A DNA stretch of 48,207 bases from NCBI GenBank assembly GCA_964549065.1, contig CAZJUC010000001.1:1-48207 (forward strand), given 5' to 3'. Numbering within the stretch: the first letter of the stretch is position 1; each line of letters starts with the position of its first letter. A program made the translations under genes and the position numbers. Source of the DNA: an uncultured Ilumatobacteraceae bacterium. Its GTDB lineage: Bacteria > Actinomycetota > Acidimicrobiia > Acidimicrobiales > Ilumatobacteraceae. Of this stretch, positions 38,054 to 46,808 are shown one piece after another. The notes under the pieces are model-generated. The model was not told where the DNA came from. It saw only the letters and a program-made list of their open reading frames with translations, and ran no database searches.

Positions 38054-38440
38054 TTACTTCGGTTCCTTGTGGAGGGTCGACTTCTTGATTCGCTGCAGCG
38101 TCAACGCCAGCAGCGCCGAGGCGACCACGAGCACGATCAGGTAGGCGAGCCACGACAGGTTGCCGCTCGCAGAACGATCCCATTCGGTCTGCAGCAGTCG
38201 GAGCAGCCCCAGCAGCATGAACACCAGGCCGAGCCCGAGCGCTGCGGCGGCGGCGAAGCCCCAGCCGAGCCAGCTTCCGGCACCCTTCAGGGGGCCCAGC
38301 GTCTCCTGCTTGGCGTAGGCCTTGACGTAGTCGATGACCTCCCCGACCGATGCGTCCTCGGCCTGCTTCGACTTCTCGGCCTGCCGGGCGAGACGTTGTT
38401 CGAGATCGCTGGTGTCTGACACGGTCATCGTTTCTATCAC
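38054..38440 (-). CDS. two-TM membrane protein resembling the actinobacterial 'holin-X' (PF07332-like) family
   Basis: An amphipathic N-terminus is followed by GAGSWLGWGFAAAAALGLGLVFMLLGLL and WLAYLIVLVVASALLALTL...IKK. Start is either GTG 38440 (GTGA overlap with the LON-N gene) or ATG 38428. Confidence 0.5.
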   Translation of the reverse strand: MIETMTVSDTSDLEQRLARQAEKSKQAEDASVGEVIDYVKAYAKQETLGPLKGAGSWLGWGFAAAAALGLGLVFMLLGLLRLLQTEWDRSASGNLSWLAYLIVLVVASALLALTLQRIKKSTLHKEPK

Positions 38441-39099
38441 GAAAGACGGAACTTCAACATCGCTTCCACGTCGTCGAGGATCTCGTCGAGCAGGTCGAGT
38501 CGTGCTGCGGGCCCCGGGGCGGCCAACAGACGGAAGCGGTCGGCGGGCCCGATCGGGGCCAGTGTTGCCAGGTGATACGTGGCGAGCAACGGGTCGTCCG
38601 AGATCTCGTCATCGCCCGATTCGATGGGCTGGGCACCGTCGGAGTCGTCGTCGGCGGATGCGTCGACTCGGGCGGCCACTTCGGCGGCCAACGAGCGCGC
38701 AGCGCGCACGCGCGCATGCGAAGCAGCGACGTCGACGGCGAGTCCCGGTGCATCCGGATCGACGTCGGGCCAGTCGTCGACGTCAGCGATCGGATACGGG
38801 TCGTCCGGCAACCACGCATTGATCCTGATCCTTCGAGTGCCGACGGCGATCAACGCATAGCGATCCTCGTCGATCGCCTCGACCTGCAGCATCTGGGCCA
38901 CCGTGCCGACCGTGACACGGTCGTCACCGCCGCCGGTCTCCCATCCACGCGAGATCAGCGCCTGGCCGAACTCTGGTTCGCCGTCGGCGCGGAGACACTC
39001 GCGGATCATGTCGCGGTAGCGGGGTTCGAAGACGTGCAGCGGCAGGATGCCACCGGGGAGCAGCACCGAACCGAGCGGGAACATCGGCAGCACCGACAT
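38437..39099 (-). CDS. stand-alone LON N-terminal (substrate-binding, PUA-like) domain protein
   Basis: MSVLPMFPLGSVLLPGGILPLHVFEPRYRDMIRECL is the canonical LON_substr_bdg start. There is no AAA+ or protease domain (220 aa). Confidence 0.82.
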   Translation of the reverse strand: MSVLPMFPLGSVLLPGGILPLHVFEPRYRDMIRECLRADGEPEFGQALISRGWETGGGDDRVTVGTVAQMLQVEAIDEDRYALIAVGTRRIRINAWLPDDPYPIADVDDWPDVDPDAPGLAVDVAASHARVRAARSLAAEVAARVDASADDDSDGAQPIESGDDEISDDPLLATYHLATLAPIGPADRFRLLAAPGPAARLDLLDEILDDVEAMLKFRLS

Positions 39100-39102
39100 C
39101 GC

Positions 39103-40608
39103 TCAGCGGGGCCCCAGGACGGCAGGGTCAGGTCCGGCCGGATGCCCCGCGAGGCGGTCGGCGAGCGCGGTCCAGAACGGTATGTATCCATCGGCGCTCA
39201 CGTACCCCGGCCCGTTGAGCACGATGGCGAACTCGAGCATGTCGCCGTTCGGGGCCCCGTAATAGCCGGCCAATGCCTTCACTTCCGGTGGGTCGGCGTC
39301 GGCCGGCGGGTTGGTCAGGGTCCCCGTCTTCGCCTCGAGGCCGCCCTCCACCGGTGTGCCGACGAAGTCGTCGACGAGCGTCCCGGTCCGACCAGCGACC
39401 GGTAGCCCGGCGACTGCGGGTGTCTGCTCGAGATGGTCCAGCACGGAGACCAGCGTGTCACAGGTCAGCCGATTCCCCGTACCGAGCCCCGAACCGTCCG
39501 CGAACGTCACGCCGTTCATCGGGACCCCCCATGAGCTGACCGTCGCGTCGAGTACGCCGAGACCCGCCTCCCGGGTTCCGGGGACGGCGACGGTGACGCC
39601 CAGTTCCTTGACGAGCATCTCGGCGGTGTCGTTGTCGCTCCGTGTGAGCATGTCGGCCACGATTGCGCTCAACGGCGCCGACTCGACCGTGGCGATCACT
39701 GCCAGGCCGGGCTCGGCGACGCCGGACTCCCATCCGTCCGACACGCCGACGCCACGATCTCGCAGCAACCGCGCCAGCTCCCGGGCGGCGGCTTCGCCGG
39801 GGTCGCGTTGACGACCGGACCGTCCGATGGTCTGGCCGTCGTTGACCACCAGGCCGGCGATCGGTCCGGCATCGACGTAGGCGATCCCGTTCGCCCATGT
39901 GGGGTTGACGTACTCGTCGTCGTAACGCGTCGCGTCGCCCACCACTGCGCCACGGATCGACGTGACCCCGGCCGCCACGACGGCGTCGGCGAGCGAGTCG
40001 AGCGGCGTCGTGGCGGCCGGATCCGGGGCGTCATCGCCCTGGTCGAAGTCGTTCGCGACCAACAGCGGGTCGCCACCGCCGACGAGGAACAGATCGCCGT
40101 CGATGACGCCGTCGACCGGTGCCGGCGACGTGACGGTGGTGGAGAACCGATAGTCGGGTCCCAGCACCTCGATCGCCGAGCCACTGACGAGCAGCTTCAT
40201 CGTGCTCGCCGGAATCACCTCCACGTCGCCGTTCCACGAGCTCACGGGACGCCCGTCGACGGACACCGCGAGACACGAACGAGCGTCGATGAACACCGCC
40301 AGCTGCTCGAACATCGCCGCCAGTTCGTTCTCGGCGCCGATCCGGGCGAGTTCGGACGGCGATCGTCGGTAGTCGAGCAGCGCAGTGGTCAGCGCAGGAC
40401 GGGGCTCGACGACGGGCACGAAGGTGTCGGGGAGATCCCCGGACCGTGCTTCGTGTTCGTCGGCCTGCGCATCGCTCCACACCAGCAGGCCGGTCAGTGC
40501 AGCCACCGGGATCATGGCGAGAGCGACCAGTCCGAACAGTGGCGCCAGCCGATACCGCACCGGAACCGACGCGGTATCCGGCGCCGTGGGGCGCTCGCTC
40601 GCGTTCAT
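39103..40608 (-). CDS. dacB: D-alanyl-D-alanine carboxypeptidase/endopeptidase, PBP4 (S13) family, paralog 1
   Basis: N-terminal TM anchor, STMK (SxxK), SDN (SxN) and KTGTL (KTG). 501 aa. Confidence 0.85.
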   Translation of the reverse strand: MNASERPTAPDTASVPVRYRLAPLFGLVALAMIPVAALTGLLVWSDAQADEHEARSGDLPDTFVPVVEPRPALTTALLDYRRSPSELARIGAENELAAMFEQLAVFIDARSCLAVSVDGRPVSSWNGDVEVIPASTMKLLVSGSAIEVLGPDYRFSTTVTSPAPVDGVIDGDLFLVGGGDPLLVANDFDQGDDAPDPAATTPLDSLADAVVAAGVTSIRGAVVGDATRYDDEYVNPTWANGIAYVDAGPIAGLVVNDGQTIGRSGRQRDPGEAAARELARLLRDRGVGVSDGWESGVAEPGLAVIATVESAPLSAIVADMLTRSDNDTAEMLVKELGVTVAVPGTREAGLGVLDATVSSWGVPMNGVTFADGSGLGTGNRLTCDTLVSVLDHLEQTPAVAGLPVAGRTGTLVDDFVGTPVEGGLEAKTGTLTNPPADADPPEVKALAGYYGAPNGDMLEFAIVLNGPGYVSADGYIPFWTALADRLAGHPAGPDPAVLGPR

Positions 40609-42110
40609 CGGGGCCCCACCTCGGACGGCGACGCTCCGGCGGGATAGGTCTCCAGCGCGTCGGCGAGATCGCCCCAGACAGGCCGGTATTCGCTCTGATC
40701 GGAGATGGTGGGTCCGTTCAGCACCAGGGCGTACTCGACCGAGCTCCCACCTTCGATCGGCAGATAGCCGGCCAGGCCCTTGACCGCAGGAGGATCGACG
40801 TTGAACGGCGGATTGTTCAGCGTCCCGGTCTTGCCCCGCAACCGCCCTGCGATCGGGTGGTCCACGAACACGTCGGCCAGTGTGCCCGTCTGGCCGGCCA
40901 CCGGCAGCCCCTGACCGATCGGCGACTCGAATCCGGTGCGCTGCAGCACGGTCAGGATGGCATCACAGGTCAGTCGATTGTCGAGGCTCAACCCCGATCC
41001 GTCGGCGAGCACGATCGAGCTGACGTCGACGTCCCAGTCGACGAGCATTTGGCGCACCAACGAAAGGCCTGCCTCCCGGGTTCCCGGCGACGACACGGTG
41101 TGGCCCAGTTCCTTCACGACCATCTCGGCGGTGTTGTTGTCGCTGCCGCCGAGCATCTCGGCGATCACGTCGGACATCGGCGCCGAGGCGATCGCAGCGA
41201 TCTCGACCGGATTCGGCGGCGCAGTCGCACTCTTGGCGGGCACGCCGACGTCAACTCCCCTCGCTTCGAGCAGGAGCGTGAACTCGCGTGCGGCAGCTTC
41301 GTTGGGGTCTGCACCGCGCAGTGGATCGCCGAGCACGCGGGCGTCGTTGGCCATCAGGGCGTCGTAGGGACCGCCCTCGAGACCCGCGACGCCCGGCGCC
41401 CAACCGGGAGCTGCGTATTCGTCGTCGTATCGACTCCCGTCGCCCACGACCGCCCCGGTGACCGTCGTGACGCCGGCAGCGACGACCCGGTCGGCCAGGG
41501 TGTCGAACGATGTCGGCGACGTCACGGGGTTGCGTTCCAGGTTCGACGTCGGATACCAGTCCGACGACAGCAGAGGGTCGCCGCCACCGACGACGAAGAG
41601 ATCACCGTCGACCACTCCGTCGACCGGAGCCGACGCAGCCACGACCGAGGTCGTGTACCGGAAATCGGCGCCGAGCTCCGCGAGTGCGGCGGCCGCAACC
41701 GGCAGTTTCTGCGTGCTCGCGGGAATCACTGCGATCTCGGCGTTGCGTTGTCCGATGAGCTGGCCGTCGACGGAGACCGCGCCGCAGGAGCGGTCGTTCA
41801 GTGTGCCGAGGAACGGGCTGACCTCACCCGCGAACGTCTCGGAGTTCAGCGACCGCGAGATGAGCGTCGGAACCCTTCGGAACGCGATCACGCCGGTGGT
41901 CAACGACGGCGTCGGTGGTGGGAGCTCGACGGCAGGATCGTCGGTTGGTGCCGACGTGTCGTCGTGCTGCTGGGCCGTTGCCCACGAACGCAGTCCGAAC
42001 AGCGCCAGTGCCGGCACGATCGCCACCACAACCAGCACGATCCAGGGGCCGGGGCCTCGCGATGGGCGTCGGGAAACGGCCGGCGGACGACCGGCGGACG
42101 ACCGGCTCAC
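40605..42110 (-). CDS. dacB: D-alanyl-D-alanine carboxypeptidase/endopeptidase, PBP4 (S13) family, paralog 2
   Basis: From GTG 42110 (GTGA overlap with the upstream gene): TM anchor WIVLVVVAIVPALALFGL, STQK, SDN and KTGTL. Also 501 aa. The track ORF 40605..43346 is over-extended. Confidence 0.85.
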   Translation of the reverse strand: MSRSSAGRPPAVSRRPSRGPGPWIVLVVVAIVPALALFGLRSWATAQQHDDTSAPTDDPAVELPPPTPSLTTGVIAFRRVPTLISRSLNSETFAGEVSPFLGTLNDRSCGAVSVDGQLIGQRNAEIAVIPASTQKLPVAAAALAELGADFRYTTSVVAASAPVDGVVDGDLFVVGGGDPLLSSDWYPTSNLERNPVTSPTSFDTLADRVVAAGVTTVTGAVVGDGSRYDDEYAAPGWAPGVAGLEGGPYDALMANDARVLGDPLRGADPNEAAAREFTLLLEARGVDVGVPAKSATAPPNPVEIAAIASAPMSDVIAEMLGGSDNNTAEMVVKELGHTVSSPGTREAGLSLVRQMLVDWDVDVSSIVLADGSGLSLDNRLTCDAILTVLQRTGFESPIGQGLPVAGQTGTLADVFVDHPIAGRLRGKTGTLNNPPFNVDPPAVKGLAGYLPIEGGSSVEYALVLNGPTISDQSEYRPVWGDLADALETYPAGASPSEVGPR

Positions 42111-44266
42111 TCCTGGTGGGCCTCGCGGAACTTCGAGTACCGGATCAGGTGTCCGAGCGCGGTGACCGCCTGGCCGCCGCTCGGGTAGCAGAGCCTGCCG
42201 AGTCGACGAACGGTGGCCGGTCCGGCATTGCCGGGGTCGGCAACCGACAACTCCGTCGCAACGAGGATCGGCTTCGCGTTCGCAACGCTGAGCTCGTGGG
42301 CGGCTTCGGCGAAGCGCTGATCCTGCCGTTCGTGATAGCTGACGATCCGCTCGAGCCCGTGGTCCGGATAGAAACGTCCTTCCCGCATCATCCTGGCCTG
42401 GTTGCTCTGGATGCCGATGCCCAGATAGATCAGTGCATCGACGTCGGGATGCTCGGCGATGAGCGCCATCACCTCGGGGATGGTGTCGCGCACCTCTCCC
42501 CCGGCGCAGTCGACCGGGTTGTTGCGACTCCAGCGAGGAGGAAGCTTGGCGTCGATGGCCGCTCGCAGATCGTCGGGAAGCCCCATCAACACGATGTCGG
42601 AGTCGCGGGTGATCGCGTCCGCGGTGACGACACCCCAACCGCCGGCGGTGGTGAGCACGACCGTGTTGGGGCCCTTCGGCAACGGCTGCGTGGCGAACGT
42701 CGCTGCCGCTTCGAACGCCTCCGTGACCGTGGTGGCTCGTGTGATGCCGGCAGCCCGACACTCGCCGTCGAAGATCTTGTCGTTCGCAGCGAGGGCACCG
42801 GTGTGGCTCGCTGCAGCCTGAGCGCCGCCTTCGGTTGCGCCACCCTTCACCAGCACCAGCGGCTTGCGGGCGGCGGCCCCGGCGAGACGGTCCATCAGGG
42901 CCCGTCCGTCGACGATGCCCTCGACGTAGGCCAGGCCGACTGCGGTGGCCGCGTCGTCCGCATACCAGTCGAGGTAGTCGGCGACGGTCACCGCTGCGGC
43001 GTTGCCTGCCGACACGGCGCGGCTGATCCCGACGCCACTCGCGCGCGACATGTTCATGAAGCTCGAGACGAAGTTGCCGCTCTGGCTGGCGACGCCGATC
43101 CCCCCGGCGGGCGGATACGGCGCGACGATCTGGGCACAGAGGTTCGCCGGGGTGCTGACGACGCCCTGGCCGTTCGGTCCGGCGAGCAGGATGCCGAGTT
43201 CGTCCGCGAGCGCGACCAGTTCGTCCTCGGCCTGCTGGCCCTCGTCGCCCGCTTCGCCATAGCCCGCCGACGTGAGGAACGCAGCGCGGATGCCCTTCGA
43301 GGCGCAGGCACGCAGGAGATCCGGATTCGCGGCCGCCGGCGTGCACACGAACACGAGGTCGATGGCGTCGTCGGGGAGTTCCGCGATGTCGGCGACGGTC
43401 GAGATCCCGAGCACCTCCTCCCCTTTCAGATTCGTGCCGTACACGCCACCGGCGTACCCGCTGACCAGCAGGTTGTGCAGCGACACGAAGCCGAACTTTC
43501 CGGGATGGGACGATGCGCCGGTGACCAGTACCCCCCTCGGATCGAAGAGCGCCAGAAACTGTTCGTCGCTCGGCCGCTCACGGGCCGGTGGGCGGGCACC
43601 TTCGACGTCCGTCCCGAGCTCGACGAGGCCGTCGACCGCGATCATCGAACCGTCGGGTTGCACGATCAGCGGATTGATGTCGACACTCGCGACGTCGTTG
43701 CGTTCGGCGGCGAGCCGGCCGAGTCCGACGATGACCTCGACGAGCCCTGCCCGGTCGACGGCATGTTCGCCGCGGAACTCGCCCAACAGTTTCTGGGTAC
43801 GCAGGTCGTCGATCATCTCGCGGGCGGTGACGTGGTCGACGGGGGCGGGGCGGAACACCACATCGGCAACCGCTTCGGCGAGGATGCCGCCGACACCGAG
43901 CATCACCGTCGGCCCGAACTGGGGGTCGCGGACCACTCCGGCGATGAGCTCGCGGTGACCCGAGACCATCGGTGCGACCAGCACGGAGACGTCGCCGTCG
44001 TCGGCGGTGGCGGCGTCGAGGAGCTGCTGTGCCGCGACTTCGACGGCGGCGCGATCCCCGAGACGGAGCTTGACCAACCCGCGTTCGGTCTTGTGGGCAA
44101 TGGCGTCACCGTTCAGCTTCGCGACGACCGGATAGCCGAGTTCGTCGGCAGCTGCGCCCGCTGCGGTTGCGTCGGCGACGAGCCGCTCGGGCGCGATCGG
44201 GACACCGTAGGAACCAAGCAGGGCCTTGGAGTCGCGCTCGGACAGGGTGCTGTTTGGGGTCGCCAT
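42107..44266 (-). CDS. ADP-forming acetyl/acyl-CoA synthetase (fused ATP-grasp + CoA-binding/ligase domains)
   Basis: N-terminal ATP-grasp LSERDSKALLGSYGVP...GYPVVAKL.....HKTE.GLV.L, then the CoA-binding FDPRGVLVTGASSHPGKFGF and succinyl-CoA-ligase-like ASQSGN. Confidence 0.82.
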   Translation of the reverse strand: MATPNSTLSERDSKALLGSYGVPIAPERLVADATAAGAAADELGYPVVAKLNGDAIAHKTERGLVKLRLGDRAAVEVAAQQLLDAATADDGDVSVLVAPMVSGHRELIAGVVRDPQFGPTVMLGVGGILAEAVADVVFRPAPVDHVTAREMIDDLRTQKLLGEFRGEHAVDRAGLVEVIVGLGRLAAERNDVASVDINPLIVQPDGSMIAVDGLVELGTDVEGARPPARERPSDEQFLALFDPRGVLVTGASSHPGKFGFVSLHNLLVSGYAGGVYGTNLKGEEVLGISTVADIAELPDDAIDLVFVCTPAAANPDLLRACASKGIRAAFLTSAGYGEAGDEGQQAEDELVALADELGILLAGPNGQGVVSTPANLCAQIVAPYPPAGGIGVASQSGNFVSSFMNMSRASGVGISRAVSAGNAAAVTVADYLDWYADDAATAVGLAYVEGIVDGRALMDRLAGAAARKPLVLVKGGATEGGAQAAASHTGALAANDKIFDGECRAAGITRATTVTEAFEAAATFATQPLPKGPNTVVLTTAGGWGVVTADAITRDSDIVLMGLPDDLRAAIDAKLPPRWSRNNPVDCAGGEVRDTIPEVMALIAEHPDVDALIYLGIGIQSNQARMMREGRFYPDHGLERIVSYHERQDQRFAEAAHELSVANAKPILVATELSVADPGNAGPATVRRLGRLCYPSGGQAVTALGHLIRYSKFREAHQE

Positions 44267-44327
44267 GCGGCCACCACGGTACTCGTGCGGGCCGTCCGGA
44301 CAGCGGTCACCCTGCCGTGTGACGTTC

Positions 44328-44340
44328 GGTGTCCGACACC
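44328..44340. promoter_or_regulatory. perfect palindrome GGTGTC-C-GACACC upstream of the acyl-CoA synthetase gene (operator candidate)
   Basis: 6-bp arms around a single central base, so it cannot be an RNA hairpin. It lies about 62-74 nt upstream of ATG 44266. A TetR gene sits two genes upstream. Confidence 0.3.
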
Positions 44341-44363
44341 CAGCCTCACGCCGGGCGGTGTGG

Positions 44364-44816
44364 TCAGGAACCCGGCGACACGTTGTAGGTCAGGACGCTC
44401 TTGGCGATCGTTCGTCCACTCGTCGCGCCGACCGCTTCGCTCTCGCAGAAGACGACGCGACGGCCTCGTTTGGTCACCCATCCTTCGGCGACGACGTCTT
44501 CGTCCTTCACCGCCCCGATGTACTGCACGTGGAGATCGACGGTCGAGAACCGGTCGTCGGGTCCGAGCACCGATCCGACCGCCGGGACCAACACCGCATC
44601 CATCAACGACGCGATCGCCCCGCCGTGGACGATGCCACCCGGATGCAGCAGCTCCGCCTTGAACGGCAGACGCATCCGGCAGTAGTCGACGCGTGTCTCC
44701 TCCACCTCCAGCCCGAGCAACATCGGGTAGAAGACGGTCTCGGAGCGGCCGAATTTCGCCCACCGCGCAGCGGCGTCGGCGGGGAGCGGTTCGTACTGGT
44801 CGGCTCGATGCATCAT
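44364..44816 (-). CDS. PaaI/4HBT-family hotdog-fold thioesterase
   Basis: LLHPGGIVHGGAIASLMDAVL.PAVGS... is the PaaI-type motif. Confidence 0.85.
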   Translation of the reverse strand: MMHRADQYEPLPADAAARWAKFGRSETVFYPMLLGLEVEETRVDYCRMRLPFKAELLHPGGIVHGGAIASLMDAVLVPAVGSVLGPDDRFSTVDLHVQYIGAVKDEDVVAEGWVTKRGRRVVFCESEAVGATSGRTIAKSVLTYNVSPGS

Positions 44817-44820
44817 CCGA

Positions 44821-45477
44821 TCATGTCGGCATCAGCGCGGCCCGGAAGAACCCGATGACGTGTTCGCTGCGCCGGTCGAGGGCGGCCGGCGCCAGCGGAT
44901 CCTCGTCGAGCAGGCCTTCCAGAAAGGGCGCATCGGAGAAATAGCTGAGCAGCGCGCCGTACCCGGTGAGCAGGAGTTGCTCGGGATTGTGTTGACGGAA
45001 CACGCCGGCGTCCATCTCACGCCGGAAGTAGTCCGCTGCCTGGTCGAACATCGGCCGTAGCACGGCGGCCAGGTCGATGCCCAGGTGCGAGCCGCCGTCG
45101 ATCGCCTCTCGGCGCATCAACGTGACGTAGCTCGGGTTGTCGGCGAAGTAGCCGAACCCGGCGCGCAGGACCTGTTCGACCTTCGGCCAGCCCTTGGCCG
45201 TGGACTCGATTGCTTCGACCAACCGAGCGAACCAGTCGGACAGGAGACGCTCGAACACCTCGCCGTACAGCGCATCCTTGGACGCGAAGTGGTGGAGCAG
45301 GCTCGGTCGTCGGATGCCGACCTCGGCAGCGATGTCGTTGAGCGACGTCCCGCTGTAGCCGGCGTGAGCAAAACAAGAAAGCGCCGCGTCGAGGATCTGA
45401 TCACGTGTGGACCGGCCCTCGACGGGCGCTTCGTTGCCGAGTTCGTTGAGTTCGAGTGCAGCGCCCGGATCGGACAT
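44821..45477 (-). CDS. TetR-family transcriptional regulator
   Basis: [48 protein letters not shown] is a TetR HTH. Confidence 0.88.
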   Translation of the reverse strand: MSDPGAALELNELGNEAPVEGRSTRDQILDAALSCFAHAGYSGTSLNDIAAEVGIRRPSLLHHFASKDALYGEVFERLLSDWFARLVEAIESTAKGWPKVEQVLRAGFGYFADNPSYVTLMRREAIDGGSHLGIDLAAVLRPMFDQAADYFRREMDAGVFRQHNPEQLLLTGYGALLSYFSDAPFLEGLLDEDPLAPAALDRRSEHVIGFFRAALMPT

Positions 45478-45527
45478 GGTGACGGCGAACGCTACAGCCG
45501 TCTCAGGTGGTCATGAGCAGTTGCGGC

Positions 45528-45950
45528 TCAGGCCGGCGGGTACACGCCCATCTGCTTCGCCTTGTCGGTCTGCCAGAAGATGTCGGCGATCTCGTCGATG
45601 TACGACACGAGCTGTTCGCCGACGGCGGGGTCCATCGACTTCTTGGCCTCTCCGGCCTGATGGGTCGCCTTCCAGAACAGTTCGTGGAGCTGCGGGAACG
45701 CTTCGAAGTGGTCCGGGGCGAAGAAGTCGGCCCACAGCACCATCAGGTGGTGCTTGGTCTCCTCGGCACGCTCCTCCTTGATGATGATGCAACGGTTGCG
45801 GAACACCTCGTCGTCGGACTCCGCGTACTTCTTGGCGGTCTTGACGACGGACAGCGCCTCGATCTTTGCCTGCGCCGGGTCGTACACCCCGCAGTAGAGG
45901 TCGCAGTGGGCGTGGGCGACGGTGGCCGAGGCGAACAACTTGGCGAACAT
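45528..45950 (-). CDS. sodN: nickel superoxide dismutase precursor
   Basis: 14-aa propeptide MFAKLFASATVAHA, then the Ni-hook HCDLYCGVYDPAQA, then a four-helix-bundle body. The divergent neighbour is sodX. Confidence 0.92.
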   Translation of the reverse strand: MFAKLFASATVAHAHCDLYCGVYDPAQAKIEALSVVKTAKKYAESDDEVFRNRCIIIKEERAEETKHHLMVLWADFFAPDHFEAFPQLHELFWKATHQAGEAKKSMDPAVGEQLVSYIDEIADIFWQTDKAKQMGVYPPA

Positions 45951-46030
45951 GATGGGGGCTCCTCAATGATTGGGTGTGCTTTGCGGGCGGTTCCCGAAGG
46001 CCGCCTGTCGGAAACATACACTCCACCGCG

Positions 46031-46339
46031 ATGGCCATGCCCATACCACGTCGGTTCCTCGTGTCCGATCGTTCGATGGAGCCGACGTTGGTGGACGGGC
46101 AGGGCCTCGTGGCGGTTCCGACCCGCAGGGCAAGGGTGGGCGAACTCCGGTGTGTCGAGCACCCGCAACGGCCCGGGTTCTGGCTCGTGAAGCGGGTGTC
46201 GGCGGTGCATGCCGACGGGACGATGTCCGTGCTGTCCGACAACCACGCAGCGACCGTGGTCGACTCGCGCTCGTTCGGCCCGGTTGCGATCGCCGGCTCG
46301 TACCGGGTCGTGGTGCGTGTGCCACGTCGCCTGACGTGA
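46031..46339 (+). CDS. sodX: Ni-SOD maturation endopeptidase SodX (S26 signal-peptidase-like)
   Basis: From ATG 46031: MAMPIPRRFLVSDRSMEPTL...WLVKRV.....G...VLSDN (Ser and Lys boxes of S26). Divergent from sodN. Confidence 0.82.
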   Translation: MAMPIPRRFLVSDRSMEPTLVDGQGLVAVPTRRARVGELRCVEHPQRPGFWLVKRVSAVHADGTMSVLSDNHAATVVDSRSFGPVAIAGSYRVVVRVPRRLT

Positions 46340-46372
46340 CCGACGACCTCGGCGACGCCCCGCTCGTCGGTC
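46338..46372 (+). terminator. 9-bp hairpin starting within the sodX stop codon
   Basis: GACCGACGA (46338..46346) pairs with TCGTCGGTC (46364..46372) around a 17-nt loop. Confidence 0.3.
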
Positions 46373-46412
46373 GCCGCTGAGGTCGAGGCGATCGGCTCCT
46401 AACCTGGTCCGG

Positions 46413-46808
46413 ATGCAGATCGTCTCCGCACTCTTCGTCGAGAACTTCGAGATGCGCCAGGCGCCGGGGCCGTCGACACGCATCGACCTCAGCGGGGTGA
46501 TGTTCTCCCAAGCCGCACCCGAGCCGGCGCCGCTCACGATCACGCCGCACCTGATCGGCCTCATCTTCTGTCCGGAGGGCGAGGAGGGCTCCGGCGTGTT
46601 CGAGGTGGTGTTCCGGCGCGGTCTCGCCGAAGACAGCGAGCAGGTGGCGCGCAACGTCAGCCCGTTCACCGTCGAGCCCGGCAAGTTCACCTACCGGCTG
46701 GTTCGCGGCGAGCTGGAGTTCCCCGACTACGGCCAGGTGTTCGCCCACTGCCGCATCGACCACGGCGCCTGGCACATCGTGCCGTTCACCCTGCTCCCAC
46801 CCGTCTGA
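46413..46808 (+). CDS. hypothetical 131-aa protein (predicted beta-rich, no family recognised)
   Basis: ATG start and strongly G/C-biased third codon positions throughout. Its stop codon is embedded in hairpin repeat copy B. Confidence 0.55.
   Translation: MQIVSALFVENFEMRQAPGPSTRIDLSGVMFSQAAPEPAPLTITPHLIGLIFCPEGEEGSGVFEVVFRRGLAEDSEQVARNVSPFTVEPGKFTYRLVRGELEFPDYGQVFAHCRIDHGAWHIVPFTLLPPV

Noticed and set aside
40446-44662. + strand ORFs 40446..42188 (580 aa) and 41915..44662 (915 aa)
   Set aside because: They are antisense to dacB paralog 2, the acyl-CoA synthetase and the thioesterase. These are shadow ORFs.
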